Source: Octopus sinensis
Lineage: Eukaryota
DNA length: 17,125 nt
Assembly (NCBI RefSeq): GCF_006345805.1
Contig: NW_021825132.1
Coordinates: 1-17,125, forward strand
Reading direction: 5' to 3'
Part shown: one piece after another, positions 8,577 to 17,125 of the stretch
How positions within the stretch are numbered: the stretch's first letter is position 1
Layout: every line of letters starts with the position of its first letter
Program-made: the position numbers and the translations under genes
Notes under the pieces: generated by a model
The model's input: only the letters and a program-made list of their open reading frames with translations
Told to the model about the DNA's origin: nothing
The model's database searches: none

Positions 8577-9803
8577 GGAGTGGTTTGCTAACCAACCACA
8601 TGGTTCCGGGTTCAGTCCCACTGCATGACACCTTGGGCAAGTGTCATCTGCTAGAGTCTCGGGCCGACCAAAGTCTTGTGAGTGGATTTGGTAGACGGAA
8701 ACTGAAAGAAGCCCGTCGTATATATAAATAGGCGTAGGAGTGGCTGTGTGGTAAGTAGCTTACTTACCAACCACATGGTCCGGGTTCAGTCCCACTGTGT
8801 GGGACCTTGGTCCAGTGTCTTCTACTATAGCCTCGGGCGGACCAGAGCCTTGTGAGTGAATTTGGTAGACGGAAACTGAAAGAAGCCTATCGTATATATA
8901 TATATAGGCGTTGGAGTGGGTATGTGGTAAGTAGCTTGCTTACCAACCACATGGTTCCGGGTTCAGACTCACTGTGTGGCACCTTGGGCAAGTGTCTTCT
9001 ACTATAGCCTCGGGCAAACCAAAGCCTTGTGAGTGGATTTGGTAGACGGAAACTGAAAGAAGCCCGTCGTATATATATATATATATATATATAGGCGTTG
9101 GAGTGGGTATGTGGTAAGTAGCTTGCTTACCAACCACATGGTTCCGGGTTCAGACCCACTGTGTGGCACCTTGGGCAAGTGTCTTCTACTATAGCCTCGG
9201 GCAAACCAAAGATTTGTGAGTGAATTTGGTAGACGGAAACTGAAAGAAGCCCGTCGTATATATATATATATATATAGGCGTTGGAGTGGGTATGTGGTAA
9301 GTAGCTTGCTTACCAACCACATGGTTCCGGGTTCAGGCCCACTGTGTGGCATCTTGGGCAAGTGTCTTCTACTATAGCCTCGGGCAAACCAAAGATTTGT
9401 GAGTGAATTTGGTAGACGGAAACTGAAAGAAGCCCGTCGTATATATATATATAGGCGTTGGAGTGGGTATGTGGTAAGTAGCTTGCTTACCAACCACATG
9501 GCTCCGGGTTCAGTCCCACTGCGTTGCACATTGAGCAAGTGTCATCTACTAGAGACTCGGGCCGACCAAAGCCTTGTGAGTGGATTTGGTAGACGGAAAC
9601 TGAAAGAAGCCCGTCGTATATATATATATATAGGCGTTGGAGTGGGTATGTGGTAAGTAGCTTGCTTACCAACCACATGGCTCCGGGTTCAGTCCCACTG
9701 CGTTGCACATTGAGCAAGTGTCATCTACTAGAGACTCGGGCCGACCAAAGCCTTGTGAGTGGATTTGGTAGACGGAAACTGAAAGAAGCCCGCCGTATAT
9801 ATG

Positions 9804-9856
<53 letters not shown>

Positions 9857-9958
9857 TGTGTGTGTGTGTGTGTGTGTGTGTTGTGTGTGTGTGTATGTGT
9901 GTTTGTCACCCGAACCTCGCTTGACAACCGATGCTGGTGTGTTTATGTCCCCGTCACC
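8577..9958 (+). repeat. Tandem array of seven SINE heads (~165 bp plus a variable (TA)n linker), followed by (TA)n(TG)n and a truncated SINE body
   Basis: Heads start at 8577 (internal 5' deletion), 8730, 8906, 9093, 9276, 9453 and 9632 (period 176-187 bp); the body fragment ends at ~9958. Confidence 0.92.
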
Positions 9959-10227
9959 CAGCTTCGACTCTGCAACTTTGTGCAAGGTCTGCCTACAGAT
10001 GTTGTCCGAAGACAACTGAGTGTATTTATGCGTGGCTAATGTTATTTAGCTAGGTTGCTATGGTTTTTGTGAGACAAAAGCAGAGGAGTTTGGGCAGCTA
10101 CTGAGGGCAACCGTGATAGAAACAGCAAAATATTGTCGCAGTGTAGGGTCCGAGGTTCTGGCAGTGTTAATGCGTGTTCGGCCCATTTTCTTGGAGTGAA
10201 GGACTTTTTTAGGCAGAATCCTCACCC

Positions 10228-10992
10228 TTTACTCTTTTACTCTTTACTCTTTACTCTGTACTCATTTACTTGTTTCAGTCATTTGACTGCGGCCATGCTG
10301 GAACACTGCCTTTAGTCGAGTTAATCGACCCCAGAACTTATTCTTTGTAAGCCTAGTACTTATTCTATCAGTCTCTTCTGTCGAACCGCTATGTTACGGA
10401 GACGTAAACACACCAGCATCGGTTGTCAAGCGATGTTGGTTGGGACAAACACAGACACACAAACATACACACACACACACATATATATGTATATACATAT
10501 ATACGACGGGCTTCTTTCATTTTCCGTCTACCAAATCCAGTCACAAGGTTTGGTCGGCCCGAGGCTATAGTAGAAGACACTTGACCAAGGTGCCATGCAG
10601 TGGGACTGAACCCGGAACCATGTGGTTGGTAAGCAAGCTACTTACCACACATCCACTTCAACGCCTATATATATATACGATGGGCTTCTTTCAGTTTCCG
10701 TCTACCAAATCCACACACAAGGCTTTGGTCTGCCCGAGGCTATAGTAGAAGACACTTGACCAAGGTGCCATGCAGTGGGACTGAACCCGGAACCATGTGG
10801 TTGGTAAGCAAGCTACTTACCACACATCCACTTCAACGCCTATATATATACGATGGGCTTCTTTCAGTTTCCGTCTACCAAATCCACTCACAAGGCTTTG
10901 GTCGGCCCGAGGCTATAGTAGAAGACACTTGCCCAGGGTGCCATGCAGTGGGACTGAACCCGGAACCATGTGGTTGGTAAGCAAGCCATCCT
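10228..10992 (-). mobile_element. Reverse-oriented SINE cluster: one full SINE (10228-10666) plus two extra heads (10677-10841, ~10850-10992)
   Basis: Reverse complement of head, body and (GAGTAAA)n-like tail. The outermost head has the same 5' deletion as the 8577 copy. Confidence 0.9.
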
Positions 10993-11290
10993 GAAATTGT
11001 AACGTACACATGGTAACTTTCGTATAGCCACGAAAAATTTGTGTCGGCTGATTTTCATAAATTCGCAATCTCCAGGGTCGCAGTCCTTTAGCGCGTATGA
11101 TAAAGATACCGAAAAGCCAGGTTTTACCAAGGGAGAGAACCATTATTTTCGGGAAGTAAAAGGTGAGAGTTATGTCCCTTAATGAATGCATGGGTCGGAT
11201 GCAACAAATATGTTTTACTCATTATTTCAGTCTAAAGTGAAACATTGCTATTAACGAAAATAGCTTTTTGTTTATCTAGTTCTAGCTCAG
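10989..11290 (-). repeat. Inverted paralogue of the segment interrupted by the hAT element (5900-5961 + 8338-8580), carrying the empty target site
   Basis: Reverse complement reads ...GCTATTTTCGTTAATAGCAATGTTTCACTTTAGACTGAAATAATGAGTAAAACATATTTG..., with a single CTTTAGAC (GTCTAAAG at 11230-11237), collinear with both hAT flanks. Confidence 0.92.
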
Positions 11291-14200
11291 AGCTGCGGCC
11301 ATGCTGGTGCACCGCCGTTTTGTGCTACACTGTTATTACTAAGAGCCTCCTCTAATATGTGGGACTTGGTGAAGAATGGAGTTTGATATAGCTACCCTCA
11401 TTTGCACCTCTTGCCGTGAGGTAGGTTCATCTGGGACCCTCGACAGGAAGAGGTCCAGCTTTGATTAAAAAAACCCTACATCTACTTTGTGCAAGTTCCT
11501 CAGACTCTTTAGGAGAATATTAAAAAGCTGTGGGCCCTTAAAAACCCAGGCTTTTGCAGAAGCTGGTCCTGAAGCGTGATGGCATTGCTGGGATTTTTTG
11601 CACTATGCAGTGCCGTCCCGTTCTGGCATTGGTGTAGCTTTCAATGCCAGAATTTGGCACAATTCCTTCCAGGATCTTCCAGACATATATTACTGCATAC
11701 CTCTCCCGTCTTCTCTCCAGGAAAATTATTTACTTTGAATAAAAAAATTATTTACTTTGTGTAAAAATATTTTTTTTTTCCTCTAGTTTCAGGTCAGAGC
11801 TGTGGCCATGCTGATGCACCGCCGTTTTGTGCAACACTGTTATTACTAAGAACCTCCTCTAATATGTGGCACTTGGTGAAGAATGGAGTTTGATATAGCT
11901 ACCCTCATTTGCACCTCTTGCCGTGAGGTAGGTTCATCTGCGACTCTTGACAGGAAGAGGTCCAGTTTTGATTTAAAAACCCCTACATCTACTTTGTGCA
12001 GGTTCCTCAGACTCTTTAGGAGAATATTAAAAAGCTGTGGGCCCTTGAAACCCAGACTGTTGCAGTAACTGGTCCTGAAGCATGATGGTATTGCTGGGAT
12101 CTTTGGAACTATGCAGTGTCGTCCCGTTCTGGCATTGGTGTAGCTTTCAATGCCAGAATTTGGCAAAATTCCTTCCAGGATCTTCCAGACATATATTACT
12201 GCATACCTCTCCCGTCTTCTCTCCAGGAAAATTATTTACTTTGAATAAAAAAATTATTTACTTTGTGTAAAAATATATATTTTTTCCTCTAGTTTCAGCT
12301 CAGAGCTGTGGCCATGCTGATGCACCGCCGTTTTGTGCAACACTGTTATTACAAAGAACCTCCTCTAATATGTGGCACTCGGTGAAGAATGGAGTTTGAT
12401 ATAGCTACCCTCATTTGCACCTTTTGCCGTGAGGTAGGATCGTCTGGGACTCTCGACAGGAAGAGGTCCAGCTTTGATTTAAAAACCCCTACATCTACTT
12501 TGTGCAAGTTCCTCAGACTCTTTGGGAAAATATTTAAAACCCAGGCTGTTGCAGTAACTGGTCCTGAAGCGTGATGGCATTCCTGGGATCTTTGGCACTA
12601 CGCAGTGTCGTCCCGTTCTAGCATTGGTGTAGCTTTCAATGCCAGAATTCGGCACAATTCATTCCAGGATCTTCCAGACATATATTACTGCATACCTCTC
12701 TCGTCTTCTCTCCAGGAAAATTATTTACATTGAATAAAAAAATTATTTACTTTGTGTAAACATATATATATTTTTTTTTCCCTCTAGTTTCAGCTCAGAG
12801 CTGTGGCCATTCTGATTCACGCCGTTTCGTGCTACACTGTTATTACTAAGAACCTCCTCTAATATGTGACACTTGGTGAAGAATGGAGTTTGATATAGCT
12901 ACCCTCATTTGTACCTTTTGCCGTGAGGTAGGTTCATCTGGGACCCTCGACAGGAAGAGTTCCAGCTTTGATTTAAAAACCCCTACATCTACTTTATGCA
13001 AGTTCCTCAGACTCTTTGGGAGAATATTAAAAAAACTGTGGGCCCTTGAAACCGAGGCTGTTGCAGAAGCTGATCCTGAAGCGTGATGGCATTGCTGGGA
13101 TCTTTGGCATTATGCAGTGTCGTCCCGTTCTGGCATTGGTGTAGCTTTCAAGGCCAGAATTTGGCCCAATTCCTTCCAGGATCTGCCAGATATATATTAC
13201 TGCATACCTCTCCCGTCTTCTCTCCAGGAAAATTATAAACTTCGAAAGAAAAAAATTATTTACTTTGTGTAAAAATACATATTCTTTTCCCTCTAATTTC
13301 AGCTCCGAGCTGCGGCCATTCTGATTCACCGCCGTTTCGTGCTACACTGTTATTACTAAGAACCTCCTCTAATATGGACACTTGGTGAAGAATGGAGTTT
13401 GATATAGCTACTCTCATTTGCACCTTTTGGCGTGACGTAGGTTCATCTGGGACTCTCGACAGGAAGAGGTCCAGCTTTGATTAAAAACCCCTACATCTAC
13501 TTTGTGCAAGTTCCTCAGACTCTTTGGGAGAATATTAAAAAGCTGTGGGCCCTTGAAACCGAGGCTGTTGCAGAAGCTGATCCTGAAGCGTGATGGCATT
13601 GCTGGGATCTTTGGCATTATGCAGTGTCGTCCCGTTCTGGCATTGGTGTAGCTTTCAAGGCCAGAATTTGGCCCAATTCCTTCCAGGTTCTGCCAGATAT
13701 ATATTACTGCATACCTCTCCCGTCTTCTCTCCAGGAAAATTATAAACTTCGAAAGAAAAAAATTATTTACTTTGTGTAAAAATACATATTCTTTTCCCTC
13801 TATTTTCAGCTCCGAGCTGCGGCCATTCTGATTCACCGCCGTTTCGTGCTACACTGTTATTACTAAGAACCTCCTCTAATATGTGACACTTGGTGAAGAA
13901 TGGAGTTTGATATAGATACTCTCATTTGCACCTTTTGGCGTGACGTAGGTTCATCTGGGACTCTCGACAGGAAGAGGTCCAGCTTTGATTTAAAAACCCC
14001 TACATCTACTTTGTGCAAGTTCCTCACACTCTTTGGGAGAATATTAAAAAGCTGTGGGCCCTTGAAACCGAGGCTGTTTCAGAAGCTGGTCCTGAAGCGT
14101 GATGGCATTGCTGGGATCTTTGGCACTACGCAGTGTCGTCCCGTTCTAGCATTGGTGTAGCTTTCAATGCCAGAATTTGGCACAATTCATTCCAGGATCT

Positions 14201-14580
14201 TCCAGACATATATTACTGCATACCTCTCCCGTCTTCTCTCCAGGAAAATTATTTACTTTGAATAAAAAAATTATTTACTTTGAATAAAAAAATTATTTAC
14301 TTTGTGTAAAAATATATATTTTTTCCTCTAGTTTCAGGTCAGAGCTGTGGCCATGCTGATGCACCGCCGTTTTTTGCAACACTGTTATTATGAAGAACCT
14401 CCTCTAATATGTGGCACTTGGTGAAGAATAGAGTTTGATATAGCTACCCTCATTTGCACCTGTTGCCGTGAGGTAGGTTCATCTGGGACTCTCGACAGGA
14501 AGAGGTCCAACTTGATTTAAAAAACCCTACATCTACCATGTGCAAGTTCCTCAGACTCTTTGGGAGAATATTAAAAAGCT

Positions 14581-15223
14581 ATGAAGTCGAAATTTGAATC
14601 GAATTTGAACAAAACCTATGACTGGCACCCGGCAGTTGCCAGGACCGCTGGACTGACTCCTGTGCAGGTGGCAAGTGAAGAAACATCATTTCGACCCTGT
14701 GCGTGAGGAGATCCATTGAGTCAAGTACACCAACGTCAAAATCAATGGAAACTGCAGTTGTGATCCCTGAGCTGGTGGCACGTAAACAGCACCATCTGAA
14801 GGTGGACGATGCCAGCGCCGCCTCGACTGGCTTCCGTGCCGGTGGCACGTAAAAAGCACCATCCGAATCGTGGCCGATGCCAGTGCCGCCTCGACTGGCT
14901 TCCGTGCCGGTGGCACGTAAAAAGCACCATCCGAATCGTGGCCGATGCCAGTGCCGCCTCGACTGGCTTCCGTGCAGGTGGCACGTAAAATGCACCAGTC
15001 CGATCGTGGCTGTTGCCAGCCTCGCCTGGCACCTGTGCAGGTGGCACGTAAAAAGCACCCACTACACTCACGGAGTGGTTGGCGTTAGGAAGGGCATCCA
15101 GCTATAGAAACACTGCCAGATCAGACTGGAGCCTGGTGCAGCCTTCTGGCTTCCCAGATCACCTGTCGAAGCGCCCAACCCATGCTAGAATGGAGAACGG
15201 AGCTAAACGATGATGATGATGAT
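14581..15223 (+). mobile_element. 643-bp retroelement (second SINE family or LINE 3' portion) with a (GAT)n tail, inserted in LINE-array unit 7
   Basis: Interrupts AAAAAGCT|GTGGGCCC, which is intact in most other units. Ends AACCCATGCTAGAATGGAGAACGGAGCTAAAC(GAT)5. Contains GTGGTTGGCGTTAGGAAGGGCATCCAGC, which from memory resembles the Meta-SINE domain. No clear TSD. Confidence 0.82.
14774..15059 (+). repeat. Internal ~68-bp tandem repeat of the inserted element, five copies of GGTGGCACGTAAA(A/C)(A/T)GCACC
   Basis: Motif starts at 14774, 14841, 14909, 14977 and 15040. Confidence 0.9.
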
Positions 15224-16518
15224 GTGGGCCCTTGAAACCCAGGCTGTTGCAGTAACTGGTCCTGAAGCGTGATGGCATTGCTGGGATCTTTGGAACTATG
15301 CAGTGTCGTCCCGTTCTGGCATTGGTGTAGCTTTGAATGCCAGAATTTGCCACAATTCCTTCCAGGATCTTCCAGATATATATTAATGCATACCTCTCCC
15401 GTCTTCTCTCCAGGAAAATTATTTACTTTGAATGAAAAAATTATTTACTTTGTGTAAAAATACATATTCTTTTCCCTCTATTTTCAGCTTAGAGCTGCGG
15501 CTATGCTGATGCACCGCGGTTTTTTTGATACACTGTTATTACTAAGAACCTCCTCTAATATGTGACACTTGGTGAAGAATGGAGTTTGATATAGCTACTC
15601 TCATTTTCACATCTTGCCGTAAGGTAGGTTCATCTGGGACTCTCGACAGGAAGAGGTCCAGCTTTGATTTAAAAACCCATACATCTACTTTGTGCAAGTT
15701 CCTCAGACTCTTTGGGAGAATATTAAAAAGCTGTGGGCCCTTAAAACCGAGGCTGTTTCAGTAACTGGTCCTGAAGCGTGATGGCATTGCTGGGATCTTT
15801 GGCACGACGCAGTGTCGTCCCGTTCTAGCATTGGTGTAGCTTTCAATGCCAGAATTTGGCACAATTCCTTCCAGGATCTTCCAGACATATATTACTGCAT
15901 ACCTCTCCCGTCTTCTCTCCAGGAAAATTATTTACTTTGAATAAAAAAATTATTTACTTTGTGTAAAAATATATTTTTTTTCCTCTATTTCAGGTCAGAG
16001 CTGTGGCCATGCTGATGCACCGCCGTTTTGTGCAACACTGTTATTACAAAGAACCTCCTCTAATATGTGGCACTCGGTGAAGAATGGAGTTTGATATAGC
16101 TACCCTCATTTGCACCTCTTGCAGTGAGGTAGGATCGTCTGGGACTCTCGACAGGAAGAGGTCCAGCTTTGATTTAAAAACCCCTACATCTACTTTGTGC
16201 AAGTTCCTCAGACTCTTTGGGAAAATATTAAAAAGCTGTGGGCCCTTAAAACCCAGGCTGTTGCAGTAACTGGTCCTGAAGCGTGATGGCATTGCTGGGA
16301 TTTTTGGCACTACGCAGTGCCGTCCCGTTCTAGCATTGGTGTAGCTTTCAATGCCAGAATTTGACACAATTCCTTCCAGGATCTTCCAGATATCTATTAC
16401 TGCATACCTCTCCCGTCTTCTCTCCAGAGAATAGAGTCTTAGCTGTTTCAAGCTTTCCCAGTAGCTGAGCAGTTGCAAAGAGATGATCTTCTTTGTGAAT
16501 CTTCTCTGGATATATATA

Positions 16519-17125
16519 CGAAGGGCCTTTTTCAGTTTCCGTCTACCAAATCCACTCACAAGGTTTTGGTCAGCCCGAGGCGAGAGTAGAAGACACTTAC
16601 CCAAGGTGCCACGCAGTGTGACTGAACCCAGCACCAGGTGATTCGTAAGCAATCTACTTACCACACATCCACTCCAATGCCTATATATATACGATGGGCT
16701 TCTTTCAGTTTCCGTCCACCAAATTCACTCACAAGACTTTGGTCGGCCCGAGGCTATAGTAGAATACACTTGCTCAAGGTGCCATGCAGTGGGACTGAAC
16801 ACGGAACCATGTGGTTCGTAAGCAATGTAGTGTCGTCCCGTTCTGGCATTGGTGTAGCTTTCAATGCCAAAATTTGGCACAATTCCTTCCAGGATCTTCC
16901 AGATATATATTACTGCATACCTCTCCCGTCTTCTCTCCAGGGAGTAGAGTCTTAGCTGTTTCAACCTTTCCCAGTAGCTGAGCTGTTGCAAAGAGACGAT
17001 CTTCTTTGTGAATCTTCTCTGGATATATATACGAAGGGCCTTTTTCAGTTTCCGTCTACCAAATCCACTCACAAGGTTTTGGTCAGCCCGAGGCAAGAGT
17101 AGAAGACACTTGCCCAAGGTGCCAC
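16519..17125 (-). mobile_element. Mosaic of SINE heads (16519-16682, 16692-16825, 17032-17125) and a LINE ORF2 fragment (16826-17023)
   Basis: Identical SINE-(TA)n-LINE junction GGCCCTTCGTATATATATCCAGAGAAGATTCACAAAG (minus strand) occurs at ~16510 and ~17023. Confidence 0.87.

Larger units (their letters stand above)
11282..16510 (-). repeat. Tandem array of nine ~507-bp units, each a decayed 3' end of a CR1-group non-LTR retrotransposon (ORF2 C-terminus + 3' UTR) plus a ~60-bp AT-rich spacer
   Basis: Unit anchors at 11288, 11795, 12301, 12796, 13305, 13812, 14340, 15490 and 15996. Minus-strand peptide LERRRERYAVIYIWKILEGIVPN...GPQLFNILPKSLRN...FKSKLDLFLSRVPDEP; the last unit extends to QRRFTKKI..LSYWERLKQLRLYSLERRR, typical of CR1/L2/Crack ORF2 C-termini (exact clade uncertain). 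Confidence 0.88.

Noticed and set aside
8345-8731. 128-aa ORF and its antisense-arm counterparts (10888-11191)
   Set aside because: They run from the duplicated segment into SINE sequence, the frames are not conserved between the two arms, and there is no recognisable domain.
8577-9795. CRISPR-like array
   Set aside because: Units are ~180-bp SINE heads separated by (TA)n, not short repeats with unique spacers; the context is eukaryotic and has no cas genes.
15040-15110. Twister ribozyme upstream of the GGCGTTAGGAAGGGCATCC motif
   Set aside because: The core I would expect (CGGTCCCAAGCCCG-like) is absent. An Infernal search with Rfam twister models would settle it.
16044-16664. 206-aa SINE-LINE fusion ORF (and the 130-aa ORF at 16725-17117) as functional proteins
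   Set aside because: The N-terminus is translated SINE head; the 206-aa ORF has a non-ATG start; only the extreme ORF2 C-terminus is included, with no RT or endonuclease domain.

Overview
Eukaryotic, AT- and microsatellite-rich DNA made almost entirely of nested transposable elements. No host protein-coding gene is supported, and most ORF-track entries (poly-V, poly-H, YI/MY repeats) are microsatellite translations. The SINE families resemble those I recall from octopus genomes; this is recall and needs a Dfam/Repbase/BLAST check. Main contents: (1) a fold-back pair of a ~170-bp GGT/ACC higher-order repeat (1-1265); (2) a TIR element/MITE (1529-2528) with an internal duplication; (3) a frameshifted Penelope-like GIY-YIG endonuclease fragment that the ORF track misses (3170-3449, minus strand); (4) many copies of a tRNA-derived CORE-like SINE, including tandem arrays of its head; (5) a complete 2,368-bp hAT/Buster transposon with TIRs, an 8-bp TSD and a transposase broken by two compensating frameshifts, whose empty pre-insertion site survives in an inverted paralogous segment at ~10989-11290; (6) nine tandem ~507-bp copies of a CR1-group LINE 3' end, one interrupted by a 643-bp (GAT)n-tailed retroelement, ending in SINE-head/LINE-tail chimeras. 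The SINE and the LINE share a 3' stem-loop motif.
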